This document shows positions 11,601 through 23,946 of a stretch of 51,151 bases of DNA, in pieces; position 1 is the first letter of the stretch, and each line of letters starts with the position of its first letter. The translations under genes were made by a program, and so were the position numbers. Under the pieces are notes generated by a model. That model was not told the origin of the DNA. It saw nothing but the letters and a program-made list of their open reading frames with translations, and searched no databases. The stretch is from Tubiluchus corallicola (lineage: Eukaryota; Animalia; Priapulida): positions 1-51,151 of the forward strand of contig JAQGDQ010000848.1 of NCBI GenBank assembly GCA_030141605.1. Direction: 5' to 3'.

Positions 11601-14600
11601 TATTGGTTATTCTGCAAGCTTTCTGCCATTTACTTAATAAATATACTCCTGCCATTCTGTCGGAAATACACAAATGTGTTAAGCACAAACAAAGCAAACT
11701 GTATATTTACTCATTTCCATGTTTTTGTTTTAGTCTTCTTGATAAAGTTTACTTTTCAAATTCTTTTTAAGCAAATAACTTACCACCTTAATAAACTTTG
11801 ACTGTTTCAGGGAGAATTTGACCTGTCAAGTCACGGTGCAAACGGACACGGTCACAGTCACATACCTGACCAGGAGGCAGTGAAAAAGTGTATAAAAAAG
11901 CCGATGGCTGCATCTGTCTCCACACAGCAGCTTGTAGTACGTATGCTGTACCAATTGTAAAATTTTACAATAACTTCGTTTTACAAAACAGGACGCCTTG
12001 TTGTTGATGCTTATTGATGACGAGTGATTGATCATTTTAGTCAGGCGTGTTTTAAAAAAGACGAAAACTGCAAAATAATGAACTTTGGTAGTTTTAAATT
12101 TAACATTGCTGATATTGTTTTATAATCATTTTTAATTTAATCGCTGAATTTTAAGACCAAATCAAAAAGGTCGTACGACCAATTATTTACAATCTTTATT
12201 TTAAGATTGTTGATTAATGATAAAATCAATCGGCATTTATTGAATTTTTCTAATCAAACTTGATTAGAAATGTGAAATTTGATTTGAAACAAGGACATTC
12301 GGATTAAGGTACAAGACTACACAGCTCATTGCGATCATCGTGGGTCTTAATTCAACCTAAAAAACCTCACCAACCATTTCGATATTTTAAAACTGGGCGC
12401 TTCCACGCTACTGTAATTAATAACTAACTAGCAAAGGCCCCGCAAAACATTTTGCGTATAAATACACGTATAATCAAAAATACGCGAACATCTTACATAG
12501 TCCTCATTTATAACGCAAATCCAGTAGCAGCTTTTACTGAATTAAAGCTAAAAGGTTATAGACAGAGTGTAATGGATGACGTCACAACAATGGCTTTGCG
12601 TCAGCAGTTTTTCAAGCGAAAATTGCCGAAAATAGAACATGTTATTAACTCGTCGAGACTCCTCTCAGTGGACGTGTTCTAAAATATAGCCCACGTCATC
12701 GTGTAGCCCTGTTCTTCCTCTGTCTAAAGAGCTATATATCTCCTTCCGAGAGTCCCACTAGTTAGATTATTTTCAACACTTCTTGATCATAATGCTGTGT
12801 AATCTGGCGATACAAGTTCCCAGGTTCAAATCAAGGCTTAGTCTCAAACGTTTCAAACATTCAATAATTCTGGATTTATTCCGTCATTAAGACTAGTGGG
12901 CGGTTAAAATAATCTAGAGGAGACAAACCCCCTCTCCAATCGTCACTACCACCATTATTATTTCTTTGTCAACCTTCTTAACACATTCAACTACATACAA
13001 CCCATGCGTTTCAAAGTTTTATAGGCCTATTAAGTTCCTGTAGTTCTCTTTTGTCGCTGCTTCTTTACAGGATAGCTTTAACGACCATTCCCTGCTAGCC
13101 TTGTGATATCCATTTCAGTCAATACTGTCCCTTTCACTGTCTTCGCCTTGATATCTTCATTCGATATTTTTTGGCCATTTTAGACCTATTTCTAGAATTC
13201 CTCGTTCATGTTACCTTTGGAATGCATTTGTATCGTTAATATTTGTAAAGTTACAGACGGTTTTGCCACAAAGTGCGAGCGCCTAAACCTGACAAAATTG
13301 CATTGCAAGAAGCATTAGGTCTTCTTGATGCCATTACTTAATAAACGTTGTATTTTTTGCAGACAACAAACATGGATATGTCAAGAGTGGCAAGTATCAG
13401 CTCCATAGCTAACACTAGCCTTGATAACAATATGAATTTCGATAATGTCTTAACGTCTCCAGAGAAAAGTCATACTCACGGTGTACGGCTCTTTAAAGGT
13501 ATAAATCAAGTACATATGTACATATCCAAATTATAAAAGGGAGCCATTGGCAGTATTGTGGTTATATGAACGAAGTATTGTCTGTAAAATAACATGATAT
13601 CTTTAGGAATAACTGCTGTAACTTTACCACAATGGTAATATTGGAAATGCTTATCAATAAATGAAAGAAAATGATAATTACAACAAATTCTAAACCTGCA
13701 AAAAGTTAAGGTTGTTAATTCCATATCTCGTGACGTGTAGTAATGTGGACAGTACGAAAACGCTTACCGTAGGCCCTTTAGTTTAGCTGTGGTCACGCAT
13801 TATATATTTTGCGGTAGATTTTACATTGCTGTAACATTTTATCAGTTCTATCATTTTCAAAACATTAGCAACTTTTCATATTTTTCCTATATGCCAGACT
13901 GTTATTCAGGTACACATCTGCCATTCTCATTTTAAGTAGAGCTTTAAAGAAAATAGACATCTTTCACGCATAGTAATAGCAACAAATCTTTACTGATTTG
14001 TTTATGAAGATTCTAGAGTCCAAGAATTTATCCTTCTTCAATAGACACTGTTGAAAAATAGGTAATTGATCACACAAAAAAAATACCAGCTTATACCTGT
14101 TCTAAATTGCCATCTAACTTTGACAGTTGTAATTTTGGAGCTCTGGTTTTAACTTTGCTAGACTAGAAACAAAACTATAAACAGATTAGTTGCTATTACA
14201 TTTTTATTTCAAAAAAATTTTTGAATTTTTATCCAGGTTAGTACTACATAGATTTCCGAAATTTGTACCGTTTTAGCAGGATTTCAGTTTTTTAAAATAT
14301 ATAATTATTATGCTTTTAAGACAAGTTTCTGTTCCGCCAACTGATAAAACTTATAGAACTCGGGTGCACCTTAATATTGCAGATCTTCGCAATATCTAAT
14401 AGCTTGTTTAAGTTAATAACATTGCTTTTCAGGTTTCAAACCAATGGTCCTAATTCTGCTGATAGGAGACATTATGCACAATGTTAGTGATGGATTAGCG
14501 ATTGGAGCAGCTTTTGCTGGAGATTTGCAAGGCGGTATCTCCACTTCAATAGCTGTATTTTGCCACGAATTGCCTCATGAATTAGGTAAGAGTGTCGCAA

Positions 14601-15007
14601 TGGTTCTGAAGCCTCGTAAAATGCATTTGGTGTGAAAGCAGGCAGAAATTAAGCAGCTGTAGCTGAGCAGGTAAATAAAAAGAGCGTGTGAGGAAGAACA
14701 AAGAAAATGAGAGACAAGGAATGAAAGAGAAGGGCAGTCAGAGATAGATAGATAAAGAGAGAGAGAGAGAGAAGAGAAGAGAAGAGAAGAGGAGAGAGGA
14801 GAGGAGAGGAGAGGAGAAGAGAAGAGAAGATAAAAGAGGAGAGGAGAAGAGGGGAGAAGAGAGGAGAAGAGAAGAGAGGAGAAGAGAAGAGAAGAGACAA
14901 TGAGAGTGAGAGAGAGGGAGGGAGAGAGAGAGCAAGAGAAGAGAAGCAAAGAGAGGAGAAGAGAAGAGACAAAGAAAGGGAGAGAGAATGAGAGAAAGAG
15001 GAGAGAT

Positions 15008-15040
<33 letters not shown>

Positions 15041-16895
15041 ATAAGAGAAAGAAAAGAGGAGAAGAGTGTATGTGTGTGTGAGGGTGCGTGCATGTGTGCA
15101 TATGTATGAAAGAGAGAGAAAGAGGTGGGAAGAAGTGTGGATTATTATTAATCTTTTATTTGTTATAAAAAGTGTAAATAATTTATGCAATAAAAATATT
15201 TTTGTAAGTAAATAAAAAACAAAAAATGATGAAATCCATATACGTATTGCCATCATTCTACAATCTACATGTAGTTGCTTACACATTCATAAAAGGCTAT
15301 TCTAACTTTTCTTTTCACATTAAAATTAAAGTAAAGAGTGCAGCCATACTTTATTCTTAAATCAACACCTGAGTCATTCATAAAATACAACATTTTTGCT
15401 ATAACAAGTGATTCTTCTTAAAAATCCCAGTTTACGACCGTCAATTTGCTACCGCAATAATACATAAGTAATTTTGCACTTTCGTTTTGTATTAAGTCAA
15501 ATATTTTTCTATAAGCACAATTCTAACTTACTCTAATTACATTCGCATCTATAATGGAATGTCATAAATTTCACACTCGTACAAAAAACAGGAAGACAAT
15601 AAGAGCTAACTAGTGTTTTTGCCAGTATTGGGTTGCGTTTGGGTACCATTGTCGAATACTATTTAAAGGCATGAAGTATTTCTGATATACATGAAATTAG
15701 AAGACTTCAGTTGCAAATTCTTTATCAGTTCTAATATCGCATCGTAAATATTTTACACTGTTTTTCCACTTCAATGACATGCCACAAAACAAAATGCTTC
15801 AATATTATATCATATTCGTGGCTACTAATTTATCTTATTTATCCTGCACACGATGGTACACTCGTGTAGAATTATCTGTTTCGCCTTTGTGCCTTACCTT
15901 TTGAATTTTGGTTAAAACATGTAAATTTGTACATTTTAGTATGTTGTTATAATATCATAATGGTGCTCCTTCTTTTCTAGGTGATTTTGCAATATTTTTA
16001 ACTCTGGGTTTGAGCGTCAAGCAAGCGTTGAGTTTAAATTTGTTCAGCGCCTTCACAGCTTTTGCTGGCTTCTATGTGGGAGCATCCGTCGGAGCTGACG
16101 TTGTTGTCAGACAGTGGATATTTGCTGCTACTGCTGGGATGTTCTTGTACATATCACTAGTTGAAATGGTAATTTACGTGTTATCTAGTTTTTTTTCTTT
16201 GACTGCATTACTGCCAAAATGACTGCTTGGTAAAATAAAAGAAAGGCCAAAAGACCGGCAGATCGGTTGATTCCCTACTTGCAAATTAAACGTAATGTAT
16301 TACGATGAACTAAGGATCGTCTTAACGCAAGGAGACGCTGGGCAGTTGCACGGGGGGGGGGGATGCACGAACATAAGAACCCCATGCTAATCTCTGTATA
16401 TTGTAACTTGCTGTCAATGTTGAAATTTTTGTGTTTTTTCAAAGCTCAAGTTTCATCCTTCAAACGTTTGTGTGGATTAAATCTTTGCTGTTCAGCATGT
16501 TTTTCTAATGTTTAAACATTGATTTTGTTGGGAATACCAATATAATAAATATATGTTTTATTTTATCCTTTTACATTTTTATTCCTGTGACTCGCTGTGT
16601 AGTTAGTGGCCCTAATGCACTACTTTTTTATTATTTTATCACATTCAGACGAGCTTTGCCCAGGGTCGTATAATGCTGGGTCCTGGGGCCCGTGGTAGAT
16701 TCACAAGATGACTAGATTCTTCTGATAGCTTGTATAGATCAATAAGCTAAACGTTTTATTTTCTAGATGCCTGAATTAAAATCCTACAAGGCGAAGAGTT
16801 TAACAAAGACTTTTATCGTACAAAACATTGGCTTACTTGTTGGACTGGGAGCCATGTTTGTTATTGCTGTGTTTGAAGAGCACATAAAGGTTTGA
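1253..16895 (+). CDS. SLC39A12-like: LIV-1 family zinc transporter, ZIP12/ZIP4-like, 5'-partial. Exons: 1253-1364, 7233-7322, 7518-7780, 8579-8756, 9066-9235, 10320-10529, 11811-11936, 13363-13498, 14433-14585, 15981-16168, 16767-16895
   Basis: All introns are GT..AG with matching phases. The joined translation gives [42 protein letters not shown] (PAL-type motif), [59 protein letters not shown] (HEXPHE motif), [15 protein letters not shown] and [15 protein letters not shown]. The architecture is collinear with vertebrate ZIP12/ZIP4 as I recall them. Confidence 0.93.
1553..2146. repeat. 17-bp minisatellite (TAATGTCGCACACTGGT), about 35 copies
   Basis: Directly visible tandem array in the ZIP intron. 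Confidence 0.97.
2826..3841. repeat. 25-bp minisatellite (AATGCATTTGCAAAAGTATACTTAT/G), about 40 copies
   Basis: Directly visible tandem array. Confidence 0.97.
5083..5500 (-). mobile_element. 3' end of an RTE-like non-LTR retrotransposon with (GAT)n tail; terminal segment present three times
   Basis: Minus ORF ...[21 protein letters not shown]...[11 protein letters not shown] resembles the RTE RT C-terminus (GRP..TW...KDL...A.DR..W); (CAT)n runs on +. Confidence 0.75.
5560..5960 (-). mobile_element. (TTTA)n microsatellite (5560-5649) as probable tail of a LINE/SINE 3' end
   Basis: On the minus strand, a more GC-rich 3'UTR-like segment runs into (AATA)n. Family not determined. Confidence 0.5.
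6294..6739. mobile_element. piggyBac-type MITE, copy 1
   Basis: TTAA|CCCTTT...AAAGGG|TTAA termini (TSD 6290-6293 and 6740-6743); inverted homologous copy at 28061-28396. Confidence 0.88.
7233..7322 (+). CDS. ZIP exon (G)[29 protein letters not shown]
   Basis: ttttttcag acceptor, A|gtgagt donor; YF..IF..YG.NG ectodomain motif. Confidence 0.85.
7518..7780 (+). CDS. ZIP exon with His/Asp-rich tract and KRRKR basic cluster
   Basis: tctccag acceptor, TTG|gtatta donor; lies in ORF 7484-7855. Confidence 0.9.
8579..8756 (+). CDS. ZIP exon, PAL-motif domain (CFSTDGLW...[13 protein letters not shown])
   Basis: tttcacag acceptor, G|gtgaga donor. Confidence 0.92.
9066..9235 (+). CDS. ZIP exon, TM1-TM2 ([14 protein letters not shown]...[10 protein letters not shown])
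   Basis: ttccacag acceptor, AAG|gtaaag donor; not in the supplied ORF track. Confidence 0.93.
9302..9605 (+). mobile_element. Probable solo LTR
   Basis: Starts TGTTG, ends about CAAC; contains TATATAAG and AATAAA; GC-richer than flanks; shares its 3' part with 29170-29495. Confidence 0.6.
10320..10529 (+). CDS. ZIP exon, TM3 (ALGLHNHG...[16 protein letters not shown])
   Basis: ttctgacag acceptor, AAG|gtaaaa donor, 210 nt, phase 0-0. Confidence 0.92.
11811..11936 (+). CDS. ZIP exon, cytosolic loop with GHGHSH
   Basis: tgtttcag acceptor. Donor is either GTA|gtacgt (11936) or CTT|gtagta (11933). Confidence 0.85.
12427..12755 (-). mobile_element. Helitron-type non-autonomous element, 3' fragment
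   Basis: Matches 31202-31545. Minus strand ends in hairpin GCAAAA-TG-TTTTGC followed by GGGGCCTTTG-CTAGT. Confidence 0.75.
13363..13498 (+). CDS. ZIP exon, cytosolic loop ([14 protein letters not shown]...RLFK)
   Basis: ttttttgcag acceptor, G|gtataa donor; supplies the phase 0-to-1 shift needed between neighbouring exons. Confidence 0.85.
14433..14585 (+). CDS. ZIP exon, TM4-TM5 ([14 protein letters not shown])
   Basis: cttttcag acceptor, G|gtaaga donor; LIV-1 signature motifs. Confidence 0.96.
14690..15130. repeat. Purine-rich compound microsatellite (GA)n/(GAAGA)n/(GAGGA)n with (GT)n
   Basis: Direct reading. Confidence 0.95.
15981..16168 (+). CDS. ZIP exon, TM6-TM7
   Basis: cttttctag acceptor, ATG|gtaatt donor; GDFAI...[12 protein letters not shown]. 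Confidence 0.95.
16767..16895 (+). CDS. ZIP terminal exon, TM8, stop TGA
   Basis: ttttctag acceptor; MPELK...[24 protein letters not shown]. Confidence 0.94.
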   Translation: MPELKSYKAKSLTKTFIVQNIGLLVGLGAMFVIAVFEEHIKV

Positions 16896-18127
16896 AGCGC
16901 CGTGTAAGCATCACTGATCAAGCGTCCGCAAGTCTAAGTCGTTCTTTCTATATAAACACAAGAACATTCATTACGCTAATGCCATGGGAATGAAAGTGCG
17001 AGCTCTTCTCAGGTTTATTTCAAGCGAGAATATTGTGATCATCAAATGTCTTAAGGAAGTTCAGTAATCGAGTAACAGTTGCCGATTTGTTAATGAAAAA
17101 CGCTAATTACCGTTAAATAGCTATTTTGTCTTAAAAATGGATTTAGCAGTTGTGACGTGCATTCTTGTAGTACAACAATTATTTTTGTATAATATTTTAA
17201 ACTTACTTCTAAAATGTAAATAGTGTTGTTTATTAATACCGTCACTTAAGAAAGGTTGTTAGTCAATTCTACTGGCAATATCAGCGTTTTCTTACTTACA
17301 GATGTTTTTCTTTCACTTTTTGTATATAGTATACATTTTAGCCATATAGAGAGAGTAGCTATATTACTAAAGATTTTAAACAGAAGTTGTTAGAAAGAAA
17401 ATTACAAATAATGCAAAACATAAACCTATTTAAAGCTAGGGTTTAAGTTAAGATCGGACAACCTTAGTAGGCCTATATGCAGAAGTAATGTTTGCTTTTT
17501 CACATAATTAAATTGCTTTCGATATATTCCATGATTCAGTAATTTGTTGCTGTAACTATGTACTGGGCAGACGAAAAGTTTGCCATAATGCATGTGGCCT
17601 TATTTGCTATAGTGAACGAATGTAAAGCAATTTTTGTCAAGTATAAAGAGACTTTTTGCTAGACAGTTTCGATGTTTGACACTCACGATAACGATAAACG
17701 CTTGCAAACAAATTATTTTATGGTCTAGATCATATTTGTTGTGCTTTTCGTAACCTGATATCTTAGAAAGCATTAGAAAGAAGTGACAATAATGCAAAAG
17801 TAAGGTTTCAGAAAACTTGCGAAGATTTTACATCAGAGGGCGTCCTGAAGTGTAAACCTTTTTCAGTTGTTCAAAAATTGCTGTGCCAGTACTACGTAAT
17901 AGTGACCTCCGAATGCTCTGCCTGTTTCGGTTGCTTTTGTCATACAAATACAAGAATTTGACACTGAAATCACGTAGTGGTATTACCCGTATAAATAGTA
18001 AAAATTCCCCTTATACATACGCACTAGTGGCTTTATATCGTAACAATTCTTTGCCAAAGTGGAAAATGTTGAAAACAATCTTTGCAAGTGACAATCATGG
18101 CAGTTAACGCATATAATATACTACAAT

Positions 18128-18539
18128 GGTTGGTTGGCATCCTTCTGTCTCGGAAGACAATGGAGTGTGCGCCAAGAGAGTCAGTTATTGATCACATTGA
18201 TGGAGCTGCAGCGTCGACTGTGGCTGATCAGTGTGATCCTTGAACGTCTCCAGGGCGCACACCTGGGCAAGGTGTATGGAGATCCTGCACTGGTCCGCCT
18301 TCAGGGCTCCACTCCTGATTTGGAAGGTTTACTTCTCTACACATGGCCTCCTCCGTCCTCTAGCCACTTGTGCAGCTCCTCCGCCTAGTGTCGAGATACA
18401 ATGTGGGCATCCCGCAGGCCCACAGTACCTGGTATTCCTAGGCGATCACCCATCCAAGTACTAACCAGGCTCTACGTTGCTTAACTTCAGTGATCAGACG
18501 AGAACCGGTGTTTTTTCAACGTGATTTGTCCATAGTCTC
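18128..18539 (-). mobile_element. 5S rRNA-derived SINE (SINE3-type), copy 1, internally deleted; 5S head about 18416-18537
   Basis: Minus strand reads GACTATGGACAAATCACGTTGAAAAAACACCGGTTCTCGTCTGATCACTGAAGTTAAGCAACG...GTTAGTACTTGGATGGG, then body and (CCAA)n tail. 12-bp TSD ATATACTACAAT at 18116-18127 and 18540-18551. Confidence 0.92.
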
Positions 18540-19047
18540 ATATACTACAATATATATAAGCTATTATTTCATTGTACTACTCGCCAAATTTGTTGAGACC
18601 TTTTTGAGCTGGGTATATGTCACAGAATGTTAAGAAGGGAGGTGCAAATACTGTAAAGCAGAACTAAAATTTGTCTTACTGTCGGGCAACATTTACATGT
18701 AGACAAATTTTAAAAATGCACGTGGCTGCAGTTTTTAATTACTCAAAGATAACAGTGGTAAGATCCAGCGTTTTACCTTGTTATGGTTAAATTCTTTTAA
18801 TGTGAATTTAAGAAACTTGGAGCTGTTGTCATGTACACTGTTAGCATCTATAAACAGCAGCACGTTGCCCACTATTGTGTGACCTTATAAGAACCAAATT
18901 TTTTTTTGCGAAATTGTTGTGCACGTTCCTATTTAAAAATACTCGGTGATTGATAAATGACAATCATTACATGAAAGTTACTGTATAATCGTAAGACTTG
19001 GTCTATTGCATAGAGAGAGCTAGCACTAATAGCTATGACTAATGACT

Positions 19048-19190
19048 GAGAGAGAGAGAGAGGGAGAGGGAGAGGGAGAGAGGGAGAGAGAGAGAGAGAA
19101 AGAGAGAGAGATAGATAGAGAGAGAGCGAGAGAGAGAGAGAGAGGGAGGGAGAGAGAGTGGACAAAACAGACAAAACAGAGGGAGGGAGA

Positions 19191-19251
<61 letters not shown>
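19048..19251. repeat. Interrupted (GA)n microsatellite
   Basis: Direct reading. Confidence 0.95.
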
Positions 19252-19254
<3 letters not shown>

Positions 19255-21332
19255 ACAAAACAAGTAACTTTTTACGGTAGCAGCTAAAATAGGTGGAATA
19301 CATATATATAGTAACGATAGCTAAGTAATTAAACACAATATCTTCACTTATCTTTAATAGACCAATATCACTGTTGTCAACTTGACCTTTTGTGCTTTAG
19401 GGTAATGATTTCTCTTTAAGAATCTGCAAGTTAGAGCTTTTGTTTCAGAAATATACGTTAAAGTCTTTTTGTCATGAATTAATGAGAATGAATTGTAAAC
19501 TTGTAAAAAGATGAAGAGAAGAGTTACTAATTACTGGGATGAAACTAAAGTTAAAAGGTTTTCTATCAATGAAGTGGGTTGTATCTAAAGTGCCTTGTAA
19601 ATTAATTGAATGCAAATTATATGTAATCTGATAAATGTACCTGATGAGAAAAGATTTTATACACAGTTTAATTGTAGTTTTCGAATATTTCTAACGTTGA
19701 TGTTTTTTAAGCTATAAATATGTGAAATCAACAGCATTGTTTGTTATAATCATTATCATAATGCAATTTGTCTGTAAATAAAAGTTCATACCGTTTCACT
19801 TAACACACCACCATACGTTCTAAGTTTTTTCGTTAGTGTGTGCAGGGTGTTTCATACGTCATTCACTAATTTAATTTTCAAATTTCCATTTTATGCTACT
19901 AATCGTCTAACGATATTCATCTTGCGATAAACTTTTAGTAAGTAGTTGAGAATATTTTGAGTATATATTTGAAGTTCTGTGTTGTTTTCTGCTGCCATCA
20001 TTGTGCACGACATGCGCTAAATACAAGTCCAACAGTCTTTTAGATGTAATTTACGATTTTTTATTGTCCAAAACGGGCAATCATCGTCTCATCCCAAAAT
20101 CACTATCACATCATGACATATTTGACTGACTGACTGACTGACTGACATATTATGTGCGACTCGACTTCGTTTTATCTGAAGCAAATAAAAACATTTTCCG
20201 CTAATCCAATGTCAAAAAAGATAATTAACTGCTATAATAAAAATGTATAATAATATTATGAAATATGAATAAATCAAACTTACGTCTTTGCCACATCTTA
20301 CTAACTTGCTAAAGAGAACTCGACTGACAAAATTTTATGATAAAATGACACGACGTACTGAACAAGAATGACTTCTTTCCTATCCTGTCTGCAAAATGAG
20401 GCATTTCCTGTCCTAGCTCACCTGTCTATCAACAGCCTAAATTTGCAAAAAACAAACACAAGGAGGCACCACGTGCTTATATCCAAAACAATCATGCTAA
20501 TGCAGAGCAGAGGTGTAACATAGCGCGGGTTTATCGCTCGCCGGATCGTGCGCCACCCAGTGTCGTTTTTGGACCCAGCTTAAAAGCAAAGTGCACGCCA
20601 CAACTTGCGAAAACTCCCCACCCCCGAGGAATGCATGCCCTTTCTTACTCCCGGATTGTCGTCCATTGGCCAAAAATACCTAAAACGGTGGGTTGTTGTG
20701 TTTCGGAAAAGGTGGTACTCGCTTCCAGATTACTAGTGACACAGCAGACTTATGAAGTCAAGTCTGAAGCCACATAAATTTTCAATAGTAACCTCATCAG
20801 CCAAATGCTCCTGTAATTGCCATTTAAGAAAATTTTTAAAAGTGACGAGGGACATGTGAAACGCCAAGTACTATTTTCCCAAGGCCCTACTTTTAAACTA
20901 GTTCGTCTCTCGCGCCAGTTTATACGGATATTTAGCTGCAGTACTCAGTATCCTAATTTATGTAACAGGACACTAAATTTTAACAAAATGTCATGGCAAC
21001 ATGATAACCAGAAAAAATCGTAACTTGGCAAATGGTGATTTACACCTGATGCTTCAGAACTGATTGCTTACCTTGGCGGCCTTGAGATTTGGTACCTATC
21101 TATTAAATGCATGGACATGAGCAATGCTTTGTAACAAAATACCTTAATCCCGGAGCCCGGGCGTCAAAAGTGGGTTTTGTTCGGTCAGTTCGGTGACAGT
21201 TTCTAACTAGTTTAGATGATAGGCTAGACTGGATGGTATTATTAATTTTTAGATGGGCCTTGTGGGTGGTACGGGTGTAAGGCGTGGTGGTTTACGCTCA
21301 ACATCATCAACTTTTACACTAAATATTTGCGT

Positions 21333-21728
<396 letters not shown>

Positions 21729-21814
21729 TGACAATGTAAATGTATGGGTTGTTGCTTTGGCAGATCGAAATCGACAAAGTTATGGATTATACGGTGGCAT
21801 TTTCATTCAGTAAA

Positions 21815-22420
21815 CTATCAATACACCGGTGCAGTTTTTTGCAAATTTTTGTCCCATAAACTGACAATATTTTTATGTTCTTTACCGCGTTGCTCCATCT
21901 GCCGCAACACAACTAAATCAAAACTAGCAATCAATCCCAAAGTCGGCCTCCCTTCGTCAATTTCTTATTGATTTCTGCAAGCTCATCAGAGTGTTCAGCT
22001 GTGTAAGACTGGTGCTTGACAACGCCAGCATGTACCCAGCGTGCTTGTTGCGTTGCACGAAAGCGCTTGTCTATGATATTAACCATTTCGAGGCAAATTG
22101 CTAACTGAGAAAAATAACTGAGTGTGCGAGGGTGTAATTACTTCGTGAAGATGAGGGAAGCCTGATTAAACCAACGTGCTGAGGGCGAAAATGGACTCTG
22201 GTAAAGATATTTTAGAATTTTTGTGACTCTTGCTATGAAGTTATGCCTGTTAGTGCTGTTATTGGGTATCGTTAGTCTCACTATTTCGACATCCAGAAAG
22301 CTATTTCTTTCCTTATCAGTTAATGTTCTAATTAACCAAGATCTAAAAGAGTGGCTTTTGTCTAAGCCAATTTGTGGCCCATTTTCGCGTGTCAAAAACA
22401 TGCTTTGGTGTTCAAAATCT
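21815..22420 (-). pseudogene. Decayed intronless coding-like segment of unknown family
   Basis: ORF 22401-22138 continues in frame past one TAA for about 58 codons (LHPRTLSYFSQLAICLEMVNIIDKRFR...GGRLWD), then in a shifted frame for about 39 more. Confidence 0.4.
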
Positions 22421-22828
22421 TAAACGGCAATATAAAATGCTCACACGTCGTATAGTCCGGTGCGCTCTTACAGACCGACGCCATATACAGGTAACTAGTC
22501 CAATGTACAGGTACGTCATTCTCACATAATTATGAGCAAGAAGATTCTACGAATCTCTGAATTGCAGCACTGCAATAAACGAGTAAAACAAAAAGCAGCC
22601 AGATCATGAAAATTCACGGCAAAATTTGGCTAATAAAAAAACCCACTATTATTCATCACTGGCTCATTTGAACTAATTAGAAATGCTTTGGCGTATTGTG
22701 GTCAACGTATTTCGTGTGAAAATCCAATTTGATCAGATTGGGAATTCTGGGTTTGCTACTTGGCCAGCCATACGCAGCATCTTCGAACTGGTTGTCCATC
22801 ATTTTGTTAATGTTCATGTGAATATTTT

Positions 22829-23946
22829 GTGAATATTGCCAGCGCGAAATTTCTGCCCAGGCTTAAAGCAAATACGTTAGGCAACCAAACTTCGTTCTAA
22901 CACATTGAACACTGTAAAAAAAATCATGTTACACATCAAATACTTTCCATACGAAAAACCGACGGCGTAGTATAGGGTATCCTTTGGGAAAACACTCGGA
23001 TCATATTTATTGAAAAAAGTATCGAGTTTATCTACCATTCCTTTTTCGTTCTTCTTCCGGATCAGAACCCAAATAATCGTAACTAGGGCAACTTTCAGAG
23101 GCTATGTAAAAATAAAATTTTTTAGTAAATGCAGGTAGGATTGGAAATATAACTTAGATTAAACAACTGACACAAATTCGTCAGTTCACCACGTTTTGTC
23201 GTTGTTGCGAAGTCCTAAATGTGCGAATTTTTTGCTAACGTCTCACAATTGAAAATGTGCAACAAAATTATTGGGTTTTACCTTATAGTCATTATCATAC
23301 TGAGTTATCATAACACAAATACTTAGCACATGTGTTAAAGCATTTACCATTTCTCTGTACCGACCATCAGTTTACATGGTCATTATGAAAATTAATACTA
23401 TTAACGTCCACTGTAACTCACACTAACCATTAGCAATATATTCTAATTTTTCTCGAAAGCAATTCTAGTGGCCTAACATAAGCTAGCTTCTTAGGTCTCT
23501 AGCGCAGAATTCATGAATTGTATCAAATTTTGCTTATAAATACACGTATAATCAAAAATACGCAAACATCCTACCTAGTGTTTGTTTACTTACCTAACGC
23601 AAAGCCAGTAGCAGCAGCTTTTACTGAATTAAAGTTATAAGATATGAAAGTACACAGCAATTATTAAGGAAGCGTATAAGTGTACTTTTATGGCACGCAC
23701 AAGTCATTATGCTGAAAGTACGTGTGGGAAGAACATGAAACCTCTTGAGCTTTGCTCGTGAGTACTGGCAATAAAAGCGTGAATATTGCCAACGCGAAAT
23801 TTCTGCTCATGCTTAAAGCAAATACGTTAGGCAACAAAACTTCGTTTTAACACATCGAACGCTGTTAAAAATCATGTTACACATCAAATACTTTCCATGC
23901 GAAAAACCGACGGTGTAATATAGGGTATCTTTTGGGGAAATTCTCG
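22829..23946. repeat. Two ~170-bp direct repeat copies (22829-22998 and 23779-23946)
   Basis: GTGAATATTGCCA.CGCGAAATTTCTGC...TAGGGTATC shared with scattered substitutions. Confidence 0.9.
23529..23640 (-). mobile_element. Short fragment of the same Helitron-type family
   Basis: TTTTGCTTATAAATACACG...CTGAATTAAAGTTATAA matches 31225-31337 and 12450-12550. Confidence 0.75.

Noticed and set aside
18134-18464. ORFs here and at 29884-30219
   Set aside because: Incidental frames within the GC-rich SINE body; not maintained between the copies.
20508-20740. hAT-like MITE
   Set aside because: GC-rich and starts CAGAGGTGTAAC, but no matching right TIR or 8-bp TSD could be identified.
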